A stretch of DNA of 64,000 bases from an uncultured Coriobacteriaceae bacterium (GTDB lineage Bacteria > Actinomycetota > Coriobacteriia > Anaerosomatales > CAZWGV01). The stretch spans positions 211-64,210 of the forward strand of contig CAZWGV010000002.1 in the NCBI GenBank assembly GCA_964633595.1. Reading direction: 5' to 3'. Within the stretch, counting starts at the first letter, position 1; every line of letters begins with the position of its first letter. The translations under genes and the position numbers were made by a program. Positions 34,415 through 43,301 of the stretch are shown here, in pieces. The notes under the pieces were generated by a model. It saw nothing but the letters and a program-made list of their open reading frames with translations. It had not been told where the DNA came from and made no database searches.

Positions 34415-36927
34415 GGTTGCGCCGAGTCGAAGCCGTCCGCTTCGGGAGACTCGACGGCGTCACTCTAGGCGACCTGGGCGATGGGCTCACGGTGGTCCTG
34501 GGCCCCAACGAAGCGGGCAAGAGCAGCTTCACCACGCTAGTCCGCCACGTCCTCTACGGTTTCCCCACCCCCGCCTCGAAGGAGGCCTACATCAGTGAGG
34601 CCGGCAAGCGGCTCGGCAGACTGGTGTTCGCGGACGGCGAGGGCGAGTGGGTGGTGGAGCGTGCGGAGGGACCGCGCGGCGGTCCGATGAGCGTGCGCGC
34701 CATCTCCGGAAGCGAGCGCCCAGGGCTGGTCGACGAGCTCACCCGCGGCGTGAGCGCCACAGCATTCCACGTCGTCTTCGGCTTCGGCCTGGCCGAACTC
34801 GCGGACATCGAGCGCGCCCGGAGCTCGGGAGACGATCTGATATCGCGGCTCTACGCCGCAGGCGCGGGGCTTTCTGTGAGTCCTCAGGACGCCCGAGCGG
34901 CCATCAGCAAACGAGCCGACGAACTCTGGGGGGGACGGGCATCATCTCGCGAGGTGAACAAGCTCGTCTCCAGGATGCAGGAGATCCGCTCGCGTTTGCA
35001 GGAAGTGGAGCTGCAGGCCGACCAGTACGCCGATGATCGGCGGCGCCTCACCGAACTCACGGACCTCGCGGAGGCGGCGCGCACGGAGCGCGACACCGCG
35101 CAGCGCAGGCGCTCAGAGCTCGTCCGCGATGCCGAGCAGCTCGAGCAGCTCGAATGCTCCATTGTGGGGCTTCGCGAGGAGATCGCCGAGGGCGAGAGGC
35201 ATCAGGTCCGGCTGCGGGAGCGTCTGGCGGGCATCGATGCAGACGAGGGGGCCGTAGCCCGGGGGCCCGAGGTCGACTCACTGCTCGAAGAGGTTTCTGC
35301 CGTAAGACGCTCTCTTGCGAACCTCAGGGAGCAGGAGGCGAACGCCGGCAACTGCGGGCTGAGGCTGTCTGAGGCTTTGCACGAGGCCGGGGCCAGCGAG
35401 CAGGTTGCGATGTCGGCGGAGCTGGGACCCGCAACGATCGCCGAACTCGAGCGCCATCGGGCCACACTGTCTGAACTCCAGAGCCGCTCGGCGGAGGCGC
35501 GGCGCTTGGCCGAGGAGGACCGGATCGCAGCAGAGCGGGCCGAGCGCATGCGTGCCGGGGAGACTGGCAGGGCGGCAGCATCTCCGCTGGCGAGGCTTGG
35601 GATCGCATCGGCCGCACTCGGGGTGCTCCTGCTGATCGCTGGTCTCGTGATCGATGCGGCCGTTGCGCAGCTGACGGGTGGTGCCCTGCTGGTCTTAGGG
35701 ACGCTGGCCATCCTCTGGCTCACCGGTGCCAGGAGTAGCGCCGGCTCGGCCGTCGGTGTCGCGAGCGGCGCAGCAGAGCGTGCAGCAGCTTCCAGCGATG
35801 CCACCGCGCGCGCCGAGGCTGCGCTCGAACGCGCGAGAGAGGAGTGGCACGCCTGGATAGCGGGCAGGGGTCTCGACGGTGCCGGCGATGACCCCGCTGC
35901 CGTAGCCGCGCTCGTTGCCCTGCTGAAGGACGCGAAGCGGCTCGCGGCGGAGCGCGACGAGAAGCAGGGGGTCATCGAGAACGAGCGAGCCTACATCGAC
36001 TCATTCTCGCAGAGGCTCACCGAGACCATGGGCGTCCTGGAGCCGGGAACGAAGTCACCACCGCCCGAGGAACTCCCAGTCACGGCTTCCAAGGCAGGGG
36101 AGATCGTGAAGGTTGCGCGGGAGCGCGCCGCCGAGCGCGAAGCCCTGGAGGTTGAGATAGGAGCCCTTGCCGAGCGTCAGGAGGAACTGGGCGCGAGGCT
36201 GGAGACCTCGCTCGCCGCCGAGCAAGACATCTTGGGGCGGCACGGTCCTGGGGCGGATGACCGGAGCGCTATCCAGGCTCTGGCAGAGTCGGTGCTATCG
36301 GATCTCGAGCGCGCCGCGCTGGCGTACGACGAACTCGTCGAGGAGCGGGGCCGCCTCGAAGGGCGGCTCGGCGAAGAGGAGCGGCGAAACGAGATGGCCG
36401 AACTCCGGCTGGAGCTGGCGGGCAGCGAGGACCTCGCGGCTGACGCTTCGGCGCGCTACGCGGTATTGCGCGTGGCGGATCGGCTGCTGGCGAGCGCTCA
36501 GGAACGCTACGAGCGCGAGCGGCAGCCTGGCGTGGTGCGCGAGGCCGCCGACGTGTTCTCGAAGATCACCGGCGGTCGCTACGAGCGGCTTGCCATCCCT
36601 CTGGGCGACGGGCACATCGAGGTGTTCGACGCGCAAGCCGGCTCAAAGTCCACACTCCACTTGTCCGGAGGAACAGCGGAGCAGTTGTACCTGTCGCTCC
36701 GCATCGGGCTCTTGCGGCAACTAGGCGACGCTGGGCGCTGGCTCCCCGTGTTGATGGACGACATCATGGTGAACTTCGATCCTGAGCGCGCCGAGGGAGC
36801 GGCGGCCGCCGTGGCGGAACTCGCCACCACCAAGCAGGTGGTCGTGTTCACCTGTCATCCCCAGACGTCTGCGCTCTTCGAGAAGGTCGCACCCGGGCAC
36901 ACTTCGCTCACCCTGGAACGCTGCTAG
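34411..36927 (+). CDS. SbcC/YhaN-like SMC-type ATPase with central TM hairpin
   Basis: Walker A GPNEAGKSSFTT, long coiled-coil regions and two central TM helices (LGIASAALGVLLLIAGLVI and GGALLVLGTLAILWL). Signature LSGGTAEQLYLSLRIGL and Walker B VLMDDIMVNFD. 4-nt overlap with the upstream gene. Confidence 0.85.
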   Translation: MRLRRVEAVRFGRLDGVTLGDLGDGLTVVLGPNEAGKSSFTTLVRHVLYGFPTPASKEAYISEAGKRLGRLVFADGEGEWVVERAEGPRGGPMSVRAISGSERPGLVDELTRGVSATAFHVVFGFGLAELADIERARSSGDDLISRLYAAGAGLSVSPQDARAAISKRADELWGGRASSREVNKLVSRMQEIRSRLQEVELQADQYADDRRRLTELTDLAEAARTERDTAQRRRSELVRDAEQLEQLECSIVGLREEIAEGERHQVRLRERLAGIDADEGAVARGPEVDSLLEEVSAVRRSLANLREQEANAGNCGLRLSEALHEAGASEQVAMSAELGPATIAELERHRATLSELQSRSAEARRLAEEDRIAAERAERMRAGETGRAAASPLARLGIASAALGVLLLIAGLVIDAAVAQLTGGALLVLGTLAILWLTGARSSAGSAVGVASGAAERAAASSDATARAEAALERAREEWHAWIAGRGLDGAGDDPAAVAALVALLKDAKRLAAERDEKQGVIENERAYIDSFSQRLTETMGVLEPGTKSPPPEELPVTASKAGEIVKVARERAAEREALEVEIGALAERQEELGARLETSLAAEQDILGRHGPGADDRSAIQALAESVLSDLERAALAYDELVEERGRLEGRLGEEERRNEMAELRLELAGSEDLAADASARYAVLRVADRLLASAQERYERERQPGVVREAADVFSKITGGRYERLAIPLGDGHIEVFDAQAGSKSTLHLSGGTAEQLYLSLRIGLLRQLGDAGRWLPVLMDDIMVNFDPERAEGAAAAVAELATTKQVVVFTCHPQTSALFEKVAPGHTSLTLERC

Positions 36928-38159
36928 CCCGTCACTGGCGGTGGCTCGGAGAGGCTCGGCACGTTAGTCTGCTCCGCCATCTGAGCGCGCCGGGGCGCGA
37001 AGACCTGTTCCCAGTCGACCCCTGCGGTCTTGGCCATGAACACCGCAAGGGTGCACACAGAACCGATCGTGATCGCCAGGCCGGTGAAGCCCTCGAAGAA
37101 GAAGCTGTAGCTGAAGAGGACCAGGAAGACGGTCTGGCCGAGCGCTATCTCGGCCAGGGTCTTCCCTGCGCCGATCACTGCGCGCAGATACAGGACGCAC
37201 AGCGCCACAGAGGCTACCGCCGCGATGAGGAACGCCGCAGTGATATCGATCCGGTCGGCAAGGTACGCCATCAGCAGGTGGAAGGCGAAGAACCCGGCTG
37301 CCAGGAAGCCGTAGTGCATCGGGTGGAGCCGGACGCGCTCAGTGGCCGTGAGCAGAGTCAGAGCGGCGAAGAAGAACAGCAGCGACACCGGCGCGAAGAA
37401 GGAGATGCGCTGCGCCACGGGTCCCGGGTTGAGGGGCTGGGGCATCTCCAGAGCGATAGCTCGCCCGCTGATGAGGCTGTCGTAGTGCCAGCGGAGTAGC
37501 CAGCCCTTGCCATCGCGCTCCTTCTCGGTAGGCGATACCGACCCCTCGGGGAAGTCCACGTCGGGGAAGTCCGTGATCATAGTCAGCGTGAAGTCGCGGA
37601 CGGAGCCCACGTTGCCCGGCGACGGGTCGTAGCTCCACTCGTCGAGTCCGCTCGTCTTGTAGGCGAACCTTACCCGCTCCCGGGCTCCGGCACCCAGCGT
37701 GAACCGCGCCGTGGCTCCGTCATCCACGAAGGTCACAGGCAACTCCCCGTCGCCGGTCTCGATGGCGAATCCGTCGTACACGCCGTCGGGAGAGGGCATC
37801 GCTAGCCTCGCGCTCACTTCGAGCGGCTGGCTGGTGGGGTTGGAGACGACGTACACACCTTCGAAGTCCACCCGGTAGGTCGAGTACCAGAGCAGACCCT
37901 TGCGCCGCTGATCCAGTTCGAGTCTGGCCGAGATGTCCGAGGATTCAGCAGCCAGCGTGAGCGCCCGCCCGCTCCCGGCCCTCGCGGAGATCGTTGGGGC
38001 CGATTGCGTCTGACGCTCCCCCCACAAGCCTCCTACGCGAGCCCTGAGGTCGGCGTCGGCCGACTGCGTCCGCATCTGTACGGAGGTTCCAAGCGCAGTC
38101 CAGGCCACGGTGGCTGCAACGAAGATGAAGCCTATCGCGAGCAGGCGCGGGACGGTCAT
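36924..38159 (-). CDS. CreD-like inner membrane protein
   Basis: ATG 38159 is preceded by GAGGAG. N-terminal TM segment, a ~250-aa extracytoplasmic region, then a C-terminal TM bundle with RLHPMHYGFLAAGFFAFHLLMAYLADRI, resembling CreD. It lies downstream of an OmpR-type two-component pair, as in creBCD. Confidence 0.65.
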   Translation of the reverse strand: MTVPRLLAIGFIFVAATVAWTALGTSVQMRTQSADADLRARVGGLWGERQTQSAPTISARAGSGRALTLAAESSDISARLELDQRRKGLLWYSTYRVDFEGVYVVSNPTSQPLEVSARLAMPSPDGVYDGFAIETGDGELPVTFVDDGATARFTLGAGARERVRFAYKTSGLDEWSYDPSPGNVGSVRDFTLTMITDFPDVDFPEGSVSPTEKERDGKGWLLRWHYDSLISGRAIALEMPQPLNPGPVAQRISFFAPVSLLFFFAALTLLTATERVRLHPMHYGFLAAGFFAFHLLMAYLADRIDITAAFLIAAVASVALCVLYLRAVIGAGKTLAEIALGQTVFLVLFSYSFFFEGFTGLAITIGSVCTLAVFMAKTAGVDWEQVFAPRRAQMAEQTNVPSLSEPPPVTG

Positions 38160-38289
38160 GGCGACTCCTCTGTCTCGGCTGTCTCCTTTAGTGAGCATGG
38201 GGTTGCGAGTCGACGATCCTGTGGGGGCGAGATTACGTCCTGGCAACGGGGTGCGAGGTGGCTCCCGGGATACCGATGCGCCGCGCCTG

Positions 38290-39738
38290 CTAGTCACGCA
38301 GCCTGGGGAGCACCACCGTGAACCGCGCACCACCCTCGGACCGGTTGGCAGCCCGAACCTCGCCCGAGTGGGACTTCACGATGGCCTTGACGATCGCGAG
38401 CCCAAGACCCGAACCGCCGCTCGAGCGATCCCGGCTGACTTGGGAGCGGAAGAAGCGGTCGAAGACGCGGGGCAGGTCCTCCTCGGCAATGCCGGGACCT
38501 CCATCGACAACGTCCAAGCGCATCACCGCAGCCTCCGCCGACAGCTCGATGGTCACTGTCCCGCCCGCGGGAGTGTGGCGCGACGCGTTGTCGAGCAGGT
38601 TGGAGACGACCTGGCCTAGCCTGTCCGGATCGCCGAGCACGAGCCCTCCAGAGCTCCTTACCTCGACGGATACGTCTCTCGCCTCAGTGATCGGCGCGAA
38701 CGAGGCGACTGCCCGCTCGATGACGTCTGCCAGCTCCACGCGACGGAAGGGGAGCTCGCCCGTGGTCCCCTCCACTCGCTGCAGGGTGAGCAGTTCGTCA
38801 GCGAGGCGGCCCAGCCGCTCGGCCTCTCGAGCGATATTGGCGAGGAAGCGCTGGGTGTCCTCGGCATCGACCTCACCGTCGAGGAGCGTCTCGGCAGTTC
38901 CCCGTATGGCGGTCAGCGGGGTTCTGAGCTCGTGGCTGACGTCGGAGACGAAACGGCTCTTTCGCCTCTCCTCCTCGCGAAGCTCCGCGACCAGCGTCTC
39001 GACTTCGTCAGCAAGCCGGTTGAATGCGCCAGCGACGGCGCGGATCTCGCGGGAGCCCGTGGGGCGCGCTCTTGCCGAGTGATCGCCCGCCGCAAAAGTC
39101 GTAGCCGCGGCTTCAAGCTCGCTCAGGGGGCGGGCGAGCCAGCGAGCGAGGCCCTCGGCCAGCAGTATCGCGAGGGCGGCGAAGCCCAGCGCGAGAAGGG
39201 CGAGCCGGCCGCGGTAGTCGCGCAGGAGCGTTCTGATCGAGAACGTCGTGGCCGAGGAGTACGCTACTCCGACTACGCTGCCGTCCACCCTGATCGGGGC
39301 GGCGACGTAGAGAGCCACGCGTCCGTCGGGAGCCACGCGAGTGGCGGCGCCGTACGCCTCGCCGAGCGCAAGGCGTACCTCGCGCCGATCGCCGTATGGG
39401 GAGCCCACTCCCCTGCTGCCGTCCGAGTCAGCTACCGCCAAGCCCTCGGCGTCCAGCACACGAAGCCTCGTGGCGAGGTCTGCGCTCACGCCTTGCAGCG
39501 CGCTGGCGGCGATATCCCTGTCGATCTCAGGCGTGGCGCCCGGCACGGTACCCGCCTTCTCGTAGGCCGAGCCCAGGAGAGCTGCCACGAGGCGCGACTG
39601 AGCGTCGAGCCTCTCCTCGAGCTTGCGCAGGCCGTACGCCTCCAGCTCGGTGAGGAAGTACAGGGAGAGGACGGCCGCTGTGAGCACCGCCACCAAGAGC
39701 AGCGCCGCCACCAGGCGTGTTCGAATGGATGCGGGCAT
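38290..39738 (-). CDS. membrane sensor histidine kinase (HAMP-HisKA-HATPase)
   Basis: ATG 39738. Two TM segments flank a periplasmic domain. H-box SHELRTPLTAIRG and ATPase motifs DGGPGI and GGSGLGLAIVKAIV. Confidence 0.92.
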   Translation of the reverse strand: MPASIRTRLVAALLLVAVLTAAVLSLYFLTELEAYGLRKLEERLDAQSRLVAALLGSAYEKAGTVPGATPEIDRDIAASALQGVSADLATRLRVLDAEGLAVADSDGSRGVGSPYGDRREVRLALGEAYGAATRVAPDGRVALYVAAPIRVDGSVVGVAYSSATTFSIRTLLRDYRGRLALLALGFAALAILLAEGLARWLARPLSELEAAATTFAAGDHSARARPTGSREIRAVAGAFNRLADEVETLVAELREEERRKSRFVSDVSHELRTPLTAIRGTAETLLDGEVDAEDTQRFLANIAREAERLGRLADELLTLQRVEGTTGELPFRRVELADVIERAVASFAPITEARDVSVEVRSSGGLVLGDPDRLGQVVSNLLDNASRHTPAGGTVTIELSAEAAVMRLDVVDGGPGIAEEDLPRVFDRFFRSQVSRDRSSGGSGLGLAIVKAIVKSHSGEVRAANRSEGGARFTVVLPRLRD

Positions 39739-39758
39739 CGCTCTCGCTCCGGGGCCGC

Positions 39759-40472
39759 TCAGCTGGACAGGCGGTAGCCGTAGCCCCGCACGGTCTCGAC
39801 CACCGTGGGGTCTGCGCCTGCCGCCGCGAGCTTGTCGCGCAAGCGCTTGATGTGCGTGTCGACGGTCTTCGTCTCGGTCAGGTACTCCCAGCCCCATGCC
39901 TGCCGCAGAAGCTGCTCGCGCGAGAGGACGTGTCCGGCATGGCGCATCAGGCAGGCCAGCAGCTCGAACTCGCGCGGAGTCAGGTCGATGTCCGAGTCCC
40001 CGTACTCCGCCCGATGACTCCCCTCATCCAGCACGATCCCGGCGGCGTTCCATACGGCGCTCTCGGTGTCGCGAGTAGTCCGTCCGGAAGCGGAGCGTCT
40101 GAGCACTGCCTTCACTCGGGCCAGGAGCTCTCTGATGCCAAACGGCTTGGCGAGGTAGTCGTCGCCGCCTAGCTCCAATCCGACGACCTTGTCGATCTCG
40201 GTGTCACGGGCCGAGAGGAACAGCACCGGGACGTCGCCTGCCGCTCTGATCCGGCGACACACCTCGTATCCGTCCGCGCCGGGGAGCATGATGTCGAGTA
40301 TCACGAGGTCGAACCCGCCCTTGTCGGCCATCGCGATGGCCTGGGCACCTTCGGTGGCGCACTCTACGTCGTAGCCCTCCTTGCGCAGGTTGTACGATAC
40401 GAACTGCAAGATGGCGTCCTCGTCGTCTACGACCAGGATGCGCTGGGGGGTCGTGGTCACCGTCGCCTCCAT
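39759..40472 (-). CDS. response regulator, OmpR/PhoB family
   Basis: Motifs RILVVDDEDAIL and DLVILDIMLPGADG, plus the winged helix TVDTHIKRLRDKL...VRGYGYRL. ATG 40472. Confidence 0.93.
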   Translation of the reverse strand: MEATVTTTPQRILVVDDEDAILQFVSYNLRKEGYDVECATEGAQAIAMADKGGFDLVILDIMLPGADGYEVCRRIRAAGDVPVLFLSARDTEIDKVVGLELGGDDYLAKPFGIRELLARVKAVLRRSASGRTTRDTESAVWNAAGIVLDEGSHRAEYGDSDIDLTPREFELLACLMRHAGHVLSREQLLRQAWGWEYLTETKTVDTHIKRLRDKLAAAGADPTVVETVRGYGYRLSS

Positions 40473-40573
40473 CACCGGTGGCGGATCTCGGCCCGATGAT
40501 AGCATCGCGCAGTGCCCTTTAGCTGCGCTGTTGCCGTTCTGTCATGAGTGGTGTGGCGAGGAGGTGGGCGAGC

Positions 40574-41347
40574 GTGCTGCTTGCTGTCGACGTAGGCAAC
40601 ACTCACACGGTCCTAGGGCTCTTCGACGGGGAGACGCTGGGATCGCACTGGCGAGTGTCAACCGACGCCGCGCTCACGACCGACGAACTCATCGTGAAGG
40701 TGGGGGGGCTGCTGGAGATCTCGGGAACCTCCTGGGTCGACGTGAACCGGATGGTTCTGTCCTGCGTGGTCCCCGCGCTCACGCTCTCGTGGGGCGAACT
40801 CTCGAGGCGAGCGGTCGGCACCGAGCCCACCGTCGTAGGTCCGGGAGTCAAGACGGGCATGGTGATCCGGTATGACAATCCTCATGAGGTGGGCTCCGAT
40901 CGCATCGCCAACTCGGTAGCGGCCCTCGAGGCTCACGGGGCGCCGGTGATCGTGGTCGACTTCGGCACCGCCACCACAGTGGATGTCATCGATGCCGATG
41001 GTGCGTACGTGGGCGGGGCCATCGCACCGGGTGTTGAGACCAGCGCACAGGCCCTGTTCTCCCGAGCGGCGCGCCTGTCCGCGGTGGACCTGGAGCCGCC
41101 CTCCTCGGTCATCGGAACGAACACCCGAGACTCCGTGCGGTCGGGTCTTCTGCTCGGTGAGGCGCTGATGGTGGACGGCCTGGTGGCCCGCGTGCGCGAG
41201 GAGCTGGGCGCTCCCGAAGCGACGGTCGTGGCCACCGGAGGTCTGGCGGAGACGATGGCGCCCCTGTGCTCGGCGATCGGTCACGTGGACCCAGACCTCA
41301 CACTCAAGGGTCTCGCGATCATCGACAGGTTGAATCGAGTGCGTTGA
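40574..41347 (+). CDS. coaX: type III pantothenate kinase
   Basis: Motifs LLAVDVGNTHTV, GSDRIANSVAA and VVDFGTATTVD. GTG 40574 is preceded by GAGGAGG. Confidence 0.93.
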   Translation: MLLAVDVGNTHTVLGLFDGETLGSHWRVSTDAALTTDELIVKVGGLLEISGTSWVDVNRMVLSCVVPALTLSWGELSRRAVGTEPTVVGPGVKTGMVIRYDNPHEVGSDRIANSVAALEAHGAPVIVVDFGTATTVDVIDADGAYVGGAIAPGVETSAQALFSRAARLSAVDLEPPSSVIGTNTRDSVRSGLLLGEALMVDGLVARVREELGAPEATVVATGGLAETMAPLCSAIGHVDPDLTLKGLAIIDRLNRVR

Positions 41348-41505
41348 GAGGCATCTCGCAAGGGTTGCCCCAGCCTCTCTGAGCGGCGATCTTGGGATAT
41401 ACTCGCGCGTGTGCACAGGCTTGTGCACGTGAGCGAGCGATCGGGGCGTCTCGCAGGTTGGTATCGGGCCTGAATGTCTCCCAGGTCGCACCCGGGGAGG
41501 TCTCT

Positions 41506-42177
41506 GTGCGCCTGTACCGCATAGGCGACAAGGTCGTCAGTCTGGAGAGGCTGGTCGACGAGGTTTCTGCGATCCTCTCCGAGCGTGCGGGCGGCTCCAC
41601 TCAGCTGGAAGTCGCCGTGACTCATGGGGTCCAGCGTTCCTTCGTGTCCTTCCTGGAGTCGCTCGGTGAGGTCCGTCGTGGTCCCAAGGTCGCGCTCGTC
41701 GCCTTCCCTGTGGCCAATGCCGATGAGGTCAGAGCACTGGCCGAGGAGAGCGCGGTCGACTTCATCCTCGTGCTCTCTCAGTCGGAGCGAGAGGGCATTG
41801 AGGGAGGCGATCCCGCCGAGGTCTTCAACCGGCTGCTGGAGACGCTCGCCACTCTCACCGGGTACGACGTGGTGATCTTGCTGGCCAGCGATTGGCGCAT
41901 CAACCTCGTCGAGCGCATCCTGGGCAGTGAGGTTGTGGGCATATCGCTGGGCCAGTCCCCCCTGCGCGAGGATGTCAAAGTCGACGTGGCCGAGCTTGGC
42001 GAGGTGCTCGATGCGGTCATGTCGGCCAGTGCGCGCCGGAGTGGGGCCGGGGCGGGCGAGCGCTGGCGCAAGGGTGCGGCTAGCGAGGTCGCCGGCGATG
42101 TCATAAGGAAGGCCGCCGGCGCGGCCCGGGGGGCTGCCGGCGCCGCCAGGAGGTGGAACACATCAAAGAGGTCGTGA
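41506..42177 (+). CDS. hypothetical protein with N-terminal XRE-like HTH
   Basis: GTG 41506 follows GGGGAGG. The N-terminus LYRIGDKVVSLERL...GGSTQLEVAVTHGVQRSFVSFLESLGEVRRG looks like an HTH. The rest has no motif I recognise. Confidence 0.55.
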   Translation: MRLYRIGDKVVSLERLVDEVSAILSERAGGSTQLEVAVTHGVQRSFVSFLESLGEVRRGPKVALVAFPVANADEVRALAEESAVDFILVLSQSEREGIEGGDPAEVFNRLLETLATLTGYDVVILLASDWRINLVERILGSEVVGISLGQSPLREDVKVDVAELGEVLDAVMSASARRSGAGAGERWRKGAASEVAGDVIRKAAGAARGAAGAARRWNTSKRS

Positions 42178-42179
42178 GC

Positions 42180-43070
42180 GTGAGCCTGGGTTCATCGGCG
42201 CGCGATCACGAGGTCGAGATCGACCTGCTAGGCGAGCGCTTTCGCATCAGACGCGAGGGAACCGATGGCGATCTCGGCAGGGCGTGCGCTCGCATCGCTG
42301 AGCTAGACGGAGCTGTCGCGGCGTTCGGCATGGGCGGGATCGACATGTACCTGCGTGCCGCAGGGCGCGACTACTGGTTTCGCTCGGCCAAGCCCCTCCG
42401 GAGCGCTGCCAAGCGGACCCCGATCGTAGACGGCTCCGGTCTCAAGGGGGCTCTCGAGGCGTCCACCGTGCGCTACATGATGGACGAGCTGGGCCTGGAA
42501 CTGGGCGGCAAGAGGGTCCTTATGACGTCCGCAGTGGACCGGTATGGCATGGCCGAGGGGCTACGCGACGCCGGCTGCGAGATGGCATTCGGCGACCTGA
42601 TCTACGCCCTCGGGGTCCCCTACCTCATCCGCGACTGGCGAACCCTGGACAGGCTCATCCACACGCTCACGCCGGTGGTGGTGCAGTTGCCGTTCGCCTG
42701 GCTCTATCCCACCGGCGACGAGCAGGACGTTGAGCGGGTCATCCCGGAGCGATACGCGCAGATGCATCGAGAAGCCGACATCGTTGCCGGCGACTGGCAG
42801 TACGTGCGCAAATACATGCCCGAGGGCATGGCGGGGAAGTGGGTGATAACCAACACTACCACCCCCGCTGATGTCGACTTCCTCCGTTCGCGCGGGGTTG
42901 AGTTGCTGGTGACATCGACACCGCGACTGGGTGGACGCTCGTTCGGCACCAACGTGATCGAGGCGGCCATGGTGGCACTCAAGGAAGCCGAGGGCCCCCT
43001 CTCGGAGGCCGAGTATCTGCATATCCTGGGGGAAGTGGGTTTCGCCCCCGATGTTACTTGGCTGCAGTGA
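42180..43070 (+). CDS. conserved hypothetical protein (family often auto-annotated 'quinate 5-dehydrogenase'; function unproven)
   Basis: A long ORF with good coding character (VSLGSSARDHEVEIDLLGERFRIRREGTDGD...). The start is ambiguous among GTG 42153, 42174 and 42180. It overlaps or abuts the upstream gene. Confidence 0.6.
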   Translation: MSLGSSARDHEVEIDLLGERFRIRREGTDGDLGRACARIAELDGAVAAFGMGGIDMYLRAAGRDYWFRSAKPLRSAAKRTPIVDGSGLKGALEASTVRYMMDELGLELGGKRVLMTSAVDRYGMAEGLRDAGCEMAFGDLIYALGVPYLIRDWRTLDRLIHTLTPVVVQLPFAWLYPTGDEQDVERVIPERYAQMHREADIVAGDWQYVRKYMPEGMAGKWVITNTTTPADVDFLRSRGVELLVTSTPRLGGRSFGTNVIEAAMVALKEAEGPLSEAEYLHILGEVGFAPDVTWLQ

Positions 43071-43150
43071 GATAGGCTCCGATGCGGCACCAGGTTTGCT
43101 CAAGCAGGCGTGCCCCCAGCCCCGTGCCTGGGACTACGGTCCTGGGGCGA

Positions 43151-43180
43151 TTGTCCGCAGGCGGGGGGCGGTGGTACTAT
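43151..43180 (+). promoter_or_regulatory. candidate promoter of the ccm operon (-35 TTGTCC, extended -10 TGGTACTAT)
   Basis: TTGTCC at 43151-43156, an 18-bp spacer, then TGgTACTAT at 43172-43180. It lies ~120 nt upstream of ccmE. Confidence 0.45.
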
Positions 43181-43301
43181 GCACCTGTTCAGGCAGGCAG
43201 GCGGGAAGTTGTCGCGGTGCGTTCAGGCCACGTCGGACCTCGGCAGATCGAGGATCGGCGGAATCCGACGGTGTCCCGTCCCTGGCACATTAGGAGCGTG
43301 A

